This document shows, one piece after another, positions 26,342 to 35,362 of a stretch of DNA of 64,000 nt (its first letter is position 1; every line of letters starts with the position of its first letter). Under the pieces are notes generated by a model. That model was given only the letters and a program-made list of their open reading frames with translations. It was not told where the DNA came from and searched no databases. The stretch lies in the IMG/VR virus record IMGVR_UViG_3300042453_005121, positions 32,001 through 96,000 of that record, one strand, 5' to 3'. A program made the translations under genes and the position numbers. The DNA is from a virus.

Positions 26342-26746
26342 ATGACGAAGCAGGACGATCCCATGCCGCTCGGCGAGTTGTCGGGATACATCAAGTCGGC
26401 GAGGGAGAGCGGCCAGGGCGACTACGTTCCAGTGGTGGAGATGGGGAGTATCGTGGACGACAGGCCGCGTAGGTCTTGGATGAGGCCGCTGGCTTTGGCC
26501 TCAGCGGCCTGTCTTTTATTGGCCGTAGCAGGCGTATATGTTTCCACGAGGGAAATCACTATCGTCTCGGGAGCGGGAATTCAGGCCGTCTCGGAAATCG
26601 TGGCCGGAGACGGAGGAAGGGTGATGTCCGTAAGAACGGAAGAAGACGGATCCTACAGGGTCAGGGTTTTTACTTTCGGAGGGATGAAATCTCTCATTGA
26701 GAAACTGCGAGATAACAAGGAATTTGACAGCGTGGGAGTGAATTAA
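26342..26746 (+). CDS. Single-TM protein resembling an anti-sigma factor membrane segment
   Basis: RPRRSWMRPLALASAACLLLAV. Confidence 0.55.
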   Translation: MTKQDDPMPLGELSGYIKSARESGQGDYVPVVEMGSIVDDRPRRSWMRPLALASAACLLLAVAGVYVSTREITIVSGAGIQAVSEIVAGDGGRVMSVRTEEDGSYRVRVFTFGGMKSLIEKLRDNKEFDSVGVN

Positions 26747-26747
26747 G

Positions 26748-27155
26748 GTGGAAATGAAGCATCTTGAAGAAGTGAACATGAGTTACGCAGGTCACTTGGG
26801 GCTCGCCATGTTGAATTCATTGCGGCTGCTTGTTTCCTCCGTGGCTCTTTTTATCCATGCATTATTTCCATTTTTATTCACTCACACGGCCTCCGGTCTT
26901 ATGGAGGATGTTCGGAACTCATTTCCCAAGGTTGGTAATGACAGGATACTGGTGAGATTCAACACCAAGTGGAAAGAAGACCCGGAGAAGAGGCAATGGA
27001 GGGTTTTGGTAAACGGCGTGGAGACTTTGGCTAATGATGTCTTTATAAAAAATGGCTCCGAGACAGTGGAGGAAGAAATATCTGGGGAGAAGAAGTTTCA
27101 TTTCTTGTGTTTTGGCAAAGTCACATGGCAAGATGGTTCGGCAACTATAACATGA
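26748..27155 (+). CDS. DUF6356-like membrane protein fused to a small C-terminal domain
   Basis: HLEEVNMSY..HL...IHALFPFLF..TAS. Confidence 0.65.
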   Translation: MEMKHLEEVNMSYAGHLGLAMLNSLRLLVSSVALFIHALFPFLFTHTASGLMEDVRNSFPKVGNDRILVRFNTKWKEDPEKRQWRVLVNGVETLANDVFIKNGSETVEEEISGEKKFHFLCFGKVTWQDGSATIT

Positions 27156-28126
27156 ACAAAATCAACTTCAGAAAATGGTTTGAGTCCTCCGGCCTTGACG
27201 CCCTCTTGTCGGTGATTAGCGACAAGCACCCGGGATTGAAGATATATGCCTATGAGGGCAGGGAAAAGATTGAACTCATGGAGATAAAGGTCCCCGAGGA
27301 ATCTAGGGGCAAGGGAGTCGGCACCGAGGTCATCAAGATGATTCAGGACTACGCCCGTTCGGTCGGAAAGCCAATAGTCCTGAGGCCCGAGGCTGATAGG
27401 GGGAGGAAGGGCGACCTAGAGAGGTTCTACAGGGGCTTGGGATTTGTTCACAACAGGGGGAAGAACACGGACTTCGTTCTTTCTTCTCCCACGAGCAGGA
27501 CCATGTACTGGAGGCCTAGCGTGGACGAGTCTGTTCGCGTGACGGACACGTGGCCCATTAACAAATTGTTTTATGACATGGACAATCCCAAGGAAAGAAG
27601 GCAGTACGAGAAGGATTTGCAGGACCGTTTAGAAAGACTTAAAAAGCCCGAAAAGAAGATCGTTTCAGAAAAGTTGATGAGGGAGCCGTACACCATAACG
27701 TGCTGGCGTGGGTTTGACATGAGATCATTTGAGAGGGATGTATCGCTAGATTCCGGGGCACTGCGAATCAAGGGCGACAGGGCGATGGAGGGAATGCTTT
27801 GGTTCACTCACTCGCTCCAGCCGCGTCATGAATTTGACCCGAAGGAATATGCGATCGGACATGCGCGAGGAGACGGCTATTTGCTCACGTATCCATTGGT
27901 GTGCGAGAGAAGATACAAACTGATAACGTACGACGACGGTTCTACGTCAACGGATGGCCCAGATGAGCGTGTGAATCAGACGGAATTGAGCGACAAGGGA
28001 TTTTTCTGGGGTTCTCTTTACGACCTTCCTCCCGGGTGGTTCTTCACATGGCAGGTTCAAAAGCACATTGGATTCAAGGGATTATTGAAAATTGACATGG
28101 GCATGCTTGAGAGGATAGAGGAATGA
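27152..28126 (+). CDS. Tagged GNAT acetyltransferase plus ADP-ribosyltransferase-like C-terminal domain
   Basis: NFRKWFES; VPEESRGKGVGT, LERFYRGLGF; WRG...LWFT...YA...GYLL. Confidence 0.7.
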   Translation: MNKINFRKWFESSGLDALLSVISDKHPGLKIYAYEGREKIELMEIKVPEESRGKGVGTEVIKMIQDYARSVGKPIVLRPEADRGRKGDLERFYRGLGFVHNRGKNTDFVLSSPTSRTMYWRPSVDESVRVTDTWPINKLFYDMDNPKERRQYEKDLQDRLERLKKPEKKIVSEKLMREPYTITCWRGFDMRSFERDVSLDSGALRIKGDRAMEGMLWFTHSLQPRHEFDPKEYAIGHARGDGYLLTYPLVCERRYKLITYDDGSTSTDGPDERVNQTELSDKGFFWGSLYDLPPGWFFTWQVQKHIGFKGLLKIDMGMLERIEE

Positions 28127-29004
28127 TGGGATTTTCGGAGTGGTTTTTGAGCGAGGCTCGGACTCCAAAGGTCATCATGTACCACGGAACGGCGTTCAGG
28201 AACTTGAGGCCGATAATGTCGCACGGACTTCTTCCCAATCCAAAGGGAAGGGCGTGGCAGGAAGATCCCGACTCGTCGTTCCACAGCGCCAGCAGGGCTT
28301 CTCTAGATGGCATATATCTCACCCGAAATCTGATGACTGCTCTTTCTGCTGCCAGCAACGGGGCCAATAGGAAATACATCAAAGAGGGCGATCTTTTGGT
28401 TGCGGTGGAGATGCAGCCGAAGACCGCGTTTGCCGACGAGGATGACCTCAACTTCATGGCTACCGTATCCAACATGGAGATGAGGGTGGCCGATTTGTAT
28501 TATTCATTGGAGAAGGGCGGTCCGGAAGGTCATTTGGAGGCTGCCAAGAACGAGTACAAGGATAGGTTCTTCTCCAGGGTGGGTTCGGAGGTTTCCTTGA
28601 ATCCCCTCGTCAAGGAACGTCTTGATTCAATGGTGGACTCTGTATTTGAGGCCGCGCTGAGGAGGCAGGCCGCCTATGTGGGCTACTACATGAAAAACTA
28701 TTTCAAAGACATCGGTATTCCCGACAAGAACGAAGCCGAAAGAAATTTCATGATGGCGAGGGAGGCATTGACGAGGACGCTCAAGTCGCTCGCAAATCCA
28801 TTCAACTACAAAAACGAGCCGTTCAATCTCACGGCAAGGGTGGAGGAGCCCATAGGATTCAGGGGATCAAACAGGATAGTTTGCATTTTGCACGTGCCGT
28901 TTGATTACAAGGAAAAGCCGAGGCTCGTGTACGGAACGGTCCCAGAAGATTTGATCAAGCAATGGGGGGAACGAAAGGGCGAGTGGAAGGGCGCTACCAC
29001 CTGA
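28123..29004 (+). CDS. Tagged ADP-ribosyltransferase-fold (PARP/Tpt1-like) protein
   Basis: MMGFSEWFLSEA; MYHGT...IMSHGLLP...GIYLT. Confidence 0.7.
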   Translation: MMGFSEWFLSEARTPKVIMYHGTAFRNLRPIMSHGLLPNPKGRAWQEDPDSSFHSASRASLDGIYLTRNLMTALSAASNGANRKYIKEGDLLVAVEMQPKTAFADEDDLNFMATVSNMEMRVADLYYSLEKGGPEGHLEAAKNEYKDRFFSRVGSEVSLNPLVKERLDSMVDSVFEAALRRQAAYVGYYMKNYFKDIGIPDKNEAERNFMMAREALTRTLKSLANPFNYKNEPFNLTARVEEPIGFRGSNRIVCILHVPFDYKEKPRLVYGTVPEDLIKQWGERKGEWKGATT

Positions 29005-29329
29005 GGTCGTCGGGCAGCCTTTCGTATATCTTGTCGCACTCCTCCTCGTGTCGGAGTGCTTCTCCCATGTTTCCCTTGATTCTTTCTTCCATGGCGTGCA
29101 TTTTGTTTGTTGCGTAGACGGCTAGCAGTTTGGTGGCCTCCATGGCCATTTCCGGCTCGCTGATTCCGGTGAGGTGGACGGATTCGTCTGGCCTTGGGTT
29201 TCTGTACATGAGCACGAAGCTCTTGAGTTGATCTGCGGTCATGGCGTCCAGATTCGGCACATTGGTCTCGGCGTACTGGCTTTCGCTGATTATTCCGGCG
29301 AGTAGCATTTCATATTTTGTCTTCTTCAT
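28994..29329 (-). CDS. Hypothetical protein
   Basis: LAGIISES; ATG 5 nt from the shared TATATA. Confidence 0.65.
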   Translation of the reverse strand: MKKTKYEMLLAGIISESQYAETNVPNLDAMTADQLKSFVLMYRNPRPDESVHLTGISEPEMAMEATKLLAVYATNKMHAMEERIKGNMGEALRHEEECDKIYERLPDDLRW

Positions 29330-29334
29330 GCAAC

Positions 29335-29340
29335 TATATA
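29335..29340. promoter_or_regulatory. Bidirectional palindromic late promoter
   Basis: CAT-gcaac-TATATA-tcccc-ATG: 5 nt to each divergent start codon. Confidence 0.75.
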
Positions 29341-29345
29341 TCCCC

Positions 29346-29609
29346 ATGGATTCCAACCTTGTTGAAATTTCCGGTTGGGTTGGTTCGGTGCTGCTCGCCT
29401 TCTGCGGCCTTCCTCAGGCATTGGAGTCATGGAGGACTGGGTCTTCTTCTGGCGTGACGTGGGGGCTTCTATTGATGTGGGGGGTCGGAGAGGTCTTGAC
29501 TCTGGTCTATGTGTTGCCGAAGATGGAGATTCCCTTGCTTTTCAATTATGCGGCCAACATCGTCTTCCTTTTGGTCATAACCTATTTCAAGGTCTGGCCG
29601 AGGTCTTGA
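29346..29609 (+). CDS. PQ-loop / SemiSWEET-like membrane protein
   Basis: GWVGSVLLAFCGLPQA, three TM helices, NY..N. Confidence 0.8.
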   Translation: MDSNLVEISGWVGSVLLAFCGLPQALESWRTGSSSGVTWGLLLMWGVGEVLTLVYVLPKMEIPLLFNYAANIVFLLVITYFKVWPRS

Positions 29610-29947
29610 TTTTTGATTAGTAGTTCTCCGACGACCTCCATGCGTCCGAGAAGTTCTTGAAATCCTTTCATGTCTGTTTTTTCTATCTTGTCCATCATGG
29701 AGTGCAGTTGTGAGCAGAGATCAACGTATTCTTTCTTGAGTTTTTCGGGGTTAAATTTGCCTTCTTTCGCTTGCTTGTAATATGGCAATTTGACCCTGAA
29801 ATGGTCGCGAGTAAGAAGTGCTGCTCCTCCTTTTTCTTCTGCTGCGTCCGCAATCTTCTTGGCGCCGTCAAACCTTTTGCCGGAGAATTCTTTTAATTCT
29901 GATTCTGATGATTCGTTGATTCCTGACAGTACAATCCAATCGTTCAT
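29582..29947 (-). CDS. Hypothetical protein
   Basis: Intact ORF with GGGGAG SD; ..SGINES. Confidence 0.65.
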   Translation of the reverse strand: MNDWIVLSGINESSESELKEFSGKRFDGAKKIADAAEEKGGAALLTRDHFRVKLPYYKQAKEGKFNPEKLKKEYVDLCSQLHSMMDKIEKTDMKGFQELLGRMEVVGELLIKNQDLGQTLK

Positions 29948-29972
29948 GTGAATTCTCTCCCCTTATTATGGT

Positions 29973-31133
29973 TCATCCAGTCTTGAACTTTTCCTTTCTC
30001 AAGTCATCCATCAGGTCGCGATCGGACATGATTTCCTGCGAGTCCTTGAGCGACGCTGTTATGTAGTGCACAGTTCCCCCGTACCCTCCTTTTTCCGAGT
30101 ACTTCTTTGCGTCGCCGAAATCTGCATCGGGGCGTCTCAGTCTCACCAGTTCCTTGAGTTTATAAAAGTTGTCCTCCAAGTCGTCGGGATATGTGCTGCT
30201 GATCGTGACGGATGATCTGGAGAATCTCACGACGCCCCTAGATGTTTTCTTTGGTTCGGGTTTGAATTCGTTGGGCTTTGCATCCAAGCTCTTGTCTTCT
30301 TCTATGTCGTCGAATGCCTCTCCGAAGAGTCTTTCCATTGCTCTCTTGTCGGCGAAGTGGAATCCAGGCTTGTTGTGGGCCTTCAATGCGGCGATTACGT
30401 CGTGGAGTCTGGATTCGGAAAGGCCGTATTTCTTCGCATTCTTTTCCATCCATTCCGAAAGGTTTTGATTATCAGAAGGGTTGGCCGAATGTCCTTGGCC
30501 GAACTTCTTGAGTGAAGATATCTTGTCCACCATTCTCTGTATGTTCGGCGGAAGTGGAACGGATCTACCGAGCGGGAATCTTCTCGCCGGGTGATACTTT
30601 CCTGAGGTGAACGCGTCGTGCTTGTCCTTTATGACTAGGTCTTGCTGGTCTTGTGGAGTGGTGGGGTGGAACTGAGCACTTGTGATGTCTATGTAATGTC
30701 CCTCGGCCTCCACCCACCAGTGTTGTTGGGGGCTCTTCATGTTGTGGCCCTTTGGTGGGTTGGCGTCGTTGAGTCCGATCGCATACCCGGCGTGGTATCC
30801 CGGCTCTGGGGTTCCGTACCATCCGGCAACCTTTCTTGCCTTGAACCCTTTTTCCCTCAGGAATTTTGCTAGGTCGTCCGCCGCGTTAACGCACGTGAAG
30901 GATAGCGGATGGTGCTTGAATGGAACCACTCCCAAACTCTTGTCGTAATCCGTTCCGAGTTCGTCCTCAACGTGTTTTGGATTGTTTGGATCAAAGTGCA
31001 TGTTCTTTGGGCGCGTGATGTAATAGCACTTTTGGGCTCCGGGCTTTTTGACGAGATATTCTTTTACTGCGGCTTCAAGACGTTCCTTCATGCTCGGGGA
31101 AGGGTCGGCGAGCCACTCCATGAATGTCTTCAT
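29973..31133 (-). CDS. Tagged transglutaminase/papain-like (Cys-His-Asp) protein
   Basis: MKTFMEWL; TCVNAADDL, QHWWVE, YIDITSAQF. Confidence 0.7.
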   Translation of the reverse strand: MKTFMEWLADPSPSMKERLEAAVKEYLVKKPGAQKCYYITRPKNMHFDPNNPKHVEDELGTDYDKSLGVVPFKHHPLSFTCVNAADDLAKFLREKGFKARKVAGWYGTPEPGYHAGYAIGLNDANPPKGHNMKSPQQHWWVEAEGHYIDITSAQFHPTTPQDQQDLVIKDKHDAFTSGKYHPARRFPLGRSVPLPPNIQRMVDKISSLKKFGQGHSANPSDNQNLSEWMEKNAKKYGLSESRLHDVIAALKAHNKPGFHFADKRAMERLFGEAFDDIEEDKSLDAKPNEFKPEPKKTSRGVVRFSRSSVTISSTYPDDLEDNFYKLKELVRLRRPDADFGDAKKYSEKGGYGGTVHYITASLKDSQEIMSDRDLMDDLRKEKFKTG

Positions 31134-32629
31134 TTCTCACCTACTTCACTCTTGAGTGATACCTTGGCATTGTCCAGGAACATCTCCTTGTCAAAGCCGG
31201 AAAACCCTCCGTATGGGGATTCAAACTTGAAGCTTTCCTTGTTTTGTAAATAGTCCTCCAAATCCAACTCCTCGGTCTTGGATATGAAGTCCGAAAGGTC
31301 CTGGCTGTGAATCTGGAGTCTGTACGGGTGGTTCTCCATGTCCACCCAGAATCCATTTTCATCGCTGCTGTCCATGGCCTTCTTGAACGATTCCCACGCG
31401 TCCTTCTCGGAGCCGGATACGTACGCGTCTTTGTATGCCGACGAAAGGGCTTCGCGCACCGAATTACTCGCATCCCAAGCAGCCTCTGCGTCATCTACCT
31501 CGTGGCCCTCCTCCTTGGCGACCCTGATCATCGTATCTTCCAGTTCATCATCGGCTTTATGGGACATGTCGTTCCAACTTATGTCCCAACTTATGTTATC
31601 GGCAAAGTCCATGTCGCCGCCGAACCAGTGACCGAAACCTCCCATGCCTTCCTTGTCGTCTGTAGAAACTATGTTCCCCAAATCCTCAAGGTCGTACTGC
31701 TTCAGCGTCACCGTGTCTCCTTCAAGGCTCATGTCTTTCGGGACGAGGCTTAGATGGCTGGCTATCTCATATTTTCTGCCTGTTTGCAGCATGTGCTTTA
31801 CCATATTGCCTATGTTTGGCTTTATCGCCTCTATGATCTTGCGGTCGGTTTCTTGGAGGTCTTTGAGGCTGAAGTTCCTTTCCGGGGCATATCCTCCTCC
31901 CTTGATCACGTGTATGGACGGGTGCTTTAGAAGCTCCATGATCGCCGGATGGTATCTCTTGGATGGCTTGCTGTTGCCTCTGCCCTTCATTTCGCCGAGA
32001 ATTCCGTCGTTGACTATGAACGTGAGATGAGCCTTGCCTTCTGGGTCTCTCAATGAAAGTATGTTGTCGCCTTCTATCGCGCCGGAATTACCGCAGTGGC
32101 CCATGGCTTTGGCTTCTTGCGAACAGTATCCCCTTCCGAGTGAAGCCCATTTCCATCCTTGCCACGGACCTTTGAGTTCTATGAAAGTTTCATATTCATC
32201 CGAGGGCATCTCTGCCTTCCTCGCGGCGATGTCCTCGTGCCACATGTCCGAATCGGCCTTAAGTTGCATTGTCGTGTAGGATGCGTTGTTGAGTTTGCTC
32301 TTGGTCTGCGGCCATGTTCCGAATATGAAGTCCCCGAACCTGTTCATTAACTGGTTTGCGTGATTGGCTACGAGCGTATCCATCCTGACCTTGTCGGAGA
32401 TCGGTGCACCTTTTCTCGGAAGAGACGATTTCATTTCCTCTAGGGTGTTCTTTGTGAGAAAATTAACGAGATAATCCCCTTCCGGCCCTAGTTTCTTGAA
32501 TTGCTCCATCTTTTGCAGATGATGCCTGACTGCATTTTTGATGTCGGGAATATTGGGATCATTTTTGGCCTTCAATAATTGGGCCACGGTCGCGTTCTCG
32601 TGGAACAGCCACTCCATGAATGTCTTCAT
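31130..32629 (-). CDS. Tagged PcfJ-like domain protein
   Basis: MKTFMEWLFHEN; EAKAMGHCG, ILSLRD, GEMKGRGN; TAAATA-N5-ATG. Confidence 0.6.
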   Translation of the reverse strand: MKTFMEWLFHENATVAQLLKAKNDPNIPDIKNAVRHHLQKMEQFKKLGPEGDYLVNFLTKNTLEEMKSSLPRKGAPISDKVRMDTLVANHANQLMNRFGDFIFGTWPQTKSKLNNASYTTMQLKADSDMWHEDIAARKAEMPSDEYETFIELKGPWQGWKWASLGRGYCSQEAKAMGHCGNSGAIEGDNILSLRDPEGKAHLTFIVNDGILGEMKGRGNSKPSKRYHPAIMELLKHPSIHVIKGGGYAPERNFSLKDLQETDRKIIEAIKPNIGNMVKHMLQTGRKYEIASHLSLVPKDMSLEGDTVTLKQYDLEDLGNIVSTDDKEGMGGFGHWFGGDMDFADNISWDISWNDMSHKADDELEDTMIRVAKEEGHEVDDAEAAWDASNSVREALSSAYKDAYVSGSEKDAWESFKKAMDSSDENGFWVDMENHPYRLQIHSQDLSDFISKTEELDLEDYLQNKESFKFESPYGGFSGFDKEMFLDNAKVSLKSEVGEK

Positions 32630-32660
32630 GGGGATATTTAGATGGATACTAGTTTATTTC

Positions 32661-32969
32661 ATGTTCCCATTCATGTTCCAAAATCCCCAGTCAATAGCCA
32701 TAAAGAAGTATCTTTTTGAGATTCTCAAGGAGAGGTACGGAAGGAACGAAAGATTCATAGAGAGGATTTCTACGTTGATAGCCACCAAGGAAGATTATGA
32801 TGGGTTCGGTTCGTTCATTACAGACATATATGAGACGGGCTTCCTAAAGGCGGTGAACGAATACAAGGATCAATTCCACAAGATGGGAATGAAAGTAAGT
32901 GTTGTTCCTGAGGAAAGGCCCAAGGACCCGGGCAACAGGATATTCGGTCAATCGGAGAAGTCGGGCTGA
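32661..32969 (+). CDS. Hypothetical protein
   Basis: Intact ORF MF(PFMF)QNP... Confidence 0.65.
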   Translation: MFPFMFQNPQSIAIKKYLFEILKERYGRNERFIERISTLIATKEDYDGFGSFITDIYETGFLKAVNEYKDQFHKMGMKVSVVPEERPKDPGNRIFGQSEKSG

Positions 32970-33595
32970 TTGTCGGATGGAACGGCCCTGAATAGCCATC
33001 CTCCCTCGTCTATTTTTTTCTTCTCTGAGACCTTCCACCATCTGTATTCGTCGTATGGTACGCGGTCGTATGATTCTGTGTTTGAGTTATACACCTCGTA
33101 AGCAAATGGATATATGATGCTCTTCTCACTTATCTGTTCGTTTGGATCACTCGTCCAAAATTCTATTGAAAAGTCGGTGGCTTCGGTCATGACGGAAGGA
33201 AAAACCATCTTCTTTCCGTATGTGACTTTCATCCATGATTCGCCGTAAAATTTGTCGGTTTTCCTGTCCACCTTGGCCGGCAAGCAGTATGAAAGAACCT
33301 TGTGTTTGATGTGGGGCAATTCAAAATCGGGCTTGGATTCTTCGGGCTGCACTTCTTTGTATTCTTCTACGTGTGGTTCTTGGATCGGTTGCGGTTTTTT
33401 TGTGACCGGTGGCGGTTCGGCCACGGTTGTGGAGGTGCGTGACCATTCCGTAGGGCGTTGACCCCTAGTTATTGTTTCATCCCAATTGAAATTGTGGAAA
33501 ACCAACTTGGAGCGGTCCCAGTTGACCTGCTTTTTTACGAGAGGATTGGGGCCTTCTAGAATGTATGCCTTTCCGTCTTTGTTGAATATCGCCAT
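32948..33595 (-). CDS. Hypothetical protein
   Basis: Intact 215 aa ORF downstream of TATATA at 33612. Confidence 0.65.
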   Translation of the reverse strand: MAIFNKDGKAYILEGPNPLVKKQVNWDRSKLVFHNFNWDETITRGQRPTEWSRTSTTVAEPPPVTKKPQPIQEPHVEEYKEVQPEESKPDFELPHIKHKVLSYCLPAKVDRKTDKFYGESWMKVTYGKKMVFPSVMTEATDFSIEFWTSDPNEQISEKSIIYPFAYEVYNSNTESYDRVPYDEYRWWKVSEKKKIDEGGWLFRAVPSDNQPDFSD

Positions 33596-33641
33596 TTCTA
33601 ACTCTTATTGATATATAGTTTGTTCCAGATAGGAGAGTAAA

Positions 33642-34043
33642 ATGACGTTGGTTGTACCGGACGAGGGCGAGAGAAGGCTTCTTAGTTATATAGTTAACAA
33701 GTCGTCGCCGACCAATCTCGTGCTTCATCTTTATGTGAACAACGTGAGTCTCGGAGCCGAGACTTTCACGGGCGCGAGTTTCACTGAAGCGAGTGCGTCT
33801 GGGTATGCGGCAGTGACCCTCACTGGTTCCAACTGGACCGTTGGTACGACCACAGGAGTTTCTTCTGCGACGTACAACAGCAGCATCACATTCACATTCA
33901 GCGTCGGCCAGAGCGTTTACGGCTATTACGTGACCGACACCTCGGGAAATATCCTGTGGGCCGAGGAGTTTCCTGGTGCCCCTTTCGCCCTTCCTGGGGG
34001 CGGCGGGGAGATATCGGTGACTCCGCGACTCCAATTGAACTGA
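33642..34043 (+). CDS. Virion structural (tail-associated) protein
   Basis: LHLY, FTEAS.SGYA, TFTF..YGYYV, WAEEF pattern; AGGAG SD. Confidence 0.7.
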   Translation: MTLVVPDEGERRLLSYIVNKSSPTNLVLHLYVNNVSLGAETFTGASFTEASASGYAAVTLTGSNWTVGTTTGVSSATYNSSITFTFSVGQSVYGYYVTDTSGNILWAEEFPGAPFALPGGGGEISVTPRLQLN

Positions 34044-34639
34044 TGGGCGGCTTCGGACGTTGGTTGGAAGCCAGAGTCAGGGGTTCTGTGGCCGGTGAGG
34101 CGATGAAGAGAACTCTAGATTTCAAGGTCCAAGCAGAGTGGATTGAGTGGAAGGTGGAACCCAAGGGATGGATCACGGACAAGGGGACCAAGGATTCTTT
34201 TGATCTACAGGCCGCATTCTACAATCCAAAGGTCCCAAAGCCAGCCTTCTTTTATATTCGGGCCCACGCCATCCTTGATAAGCCAGACGCGGAGTACGAC
34301 TCCGTATCGGGGTCCGACGAAATGAAAATCAAGGCGTCGCTCTTCATTTTCAACGGCAAGACTGGATTGGGTGGAGTAAAAACTACCGGCGGTCCTGGGA
34401 GTATGCGCGCACTGTTGGACAGGGATGGACACATCAGACTCAGCGAGAGGGACGACGCGATAAACTTTCCCGGAGCACTATCGGAGTTTGACGGGCCTTC
34501 GTTGAAAACTCCGCTTCAACTCGCGGAGTGGATAAACAAAGTGATAGATCACACGGACATCGGAGGCGACGATGACGGAGAAGAAGAGCCCGAACCGCCG
34601 CTGGTCCCGGACGCCGGAGGAAGATTGATCGGAGTTTGA
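34043..34639 (+). CDS. Tagged hypothetical protein
   Basis: MGGFGRWLEAR; TGATG overlap. Confidence 0.65.
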   Translation: MGGFGRWLEARVRGSVAGEAMKRTLDFKVQAEWIEWKVEPKGWITDKGTKDSFDLQAAFYNPKVPKPAFFYIRAHAILDKPDAEYDSVSGSDEMKIKASLFIFNGKTGLGGVKTTGGPGSMRALLDRDGHIRLSERDDAINFPGALSEFDGPSLKTPLQLAEWINKVIDHTDIGGDDDGEEEPEPPLVPDAGGRLIGV

Positions 34640-34666
34640 TCTATATAATCAAGGAGGAGAAACAAT

Positions 34667-35218
34667 TTGCTCAAGAACCCGGATGGAACCCCGTACAAGC
34701 CCACTGGAAGTCTGGAGCAGTTTGATCCGGACAATCCGGAGCGCTGCCTGTGGAACGATTGGGATGCGGAGATCATGAAGATATACGGATCGCCCGTGTT
34801 CTACTACGAGGTGTTCATACAGACCGGTTCCCTAGACAAGTTGTACAGGGAGGACCGGGGCAAGATATGGTCCAATAATCCCATAACACTGTACGCCAGT
34901 TACGAGCCGGTGGTGGGGCAGAATTACCAGAGCGCGTTCGGCATAGACTCGCCGGATGAAATCATATTTGATTTTAACTACAGAGATGTCGTGAAGAGGA
35001 TAGGTCATCCCCCAAAGATAGGATCAAGGATTTTCACGCCCCACAGGAACGAGGACTGGGTGATCATCCAGCGGAATGTCGGCGAGCAAATGCTCTGGAG
35101 TCAGATGCGGATGCAGGTATTGTGCCAGCGTTTCCAGGAGAGCGTCACGACCGGCGAGGGCAAGGTCACGCAGAAGAAGCCGGATTTTGATTTGAACGAT
35201 TTGAACAACCGCTCATGA
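34667..35218 (+). CDS. Neck/head-closure protein (T4 gp14-like)
   Basis: EIMKIYGSPVFYY, LYRED, FGIDSPDEIIF; TTG start with AGGAGG SD. Confidence 0.75.
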   Translation: MLKNPDGTPYKPTGSLEQFDPDNPERCLWNDWDAEIMKIYGSPVFYYEVFIQTGSLDKLYREDRGKIWSNNPITLYASYEPVVGQNYQSAFGIDSPDEIIFDFNYRDVVKRIGHPPKIGSRIFTPHRNEDWVIIQRNVGEQMLWSQMRMQVLCQRFQESVTTGEGKVTQKKPDFDLNDLNNRS

Positions 35219-35362
35219 TTCCAGTCTGATGTTTTTGTTCTCGTGCACGTCCCAGAAAACGACCTTGGGAAACTTTGGTTTGGGAAGCGTCGTTCTTATT
35301 CCCTCTTTTATGAACGTTCTCTTCTTTGATCCGTTGTGCTTCTTTATGGGGAGATGTCTCAT
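35213..35362 (-). CDS. Small basic protein (49 aa, not in ORF track)
   Basis: MRHLPIKKHNGSKKRTFIKEG...; ATGA overlap with upstream stop. Confidence 0.5.
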   Translation of the reverse strand: MRHLPIKKHNGSKKRTFIKEGIRTTLPKPKFPKVVFWDVHENKNIRLES

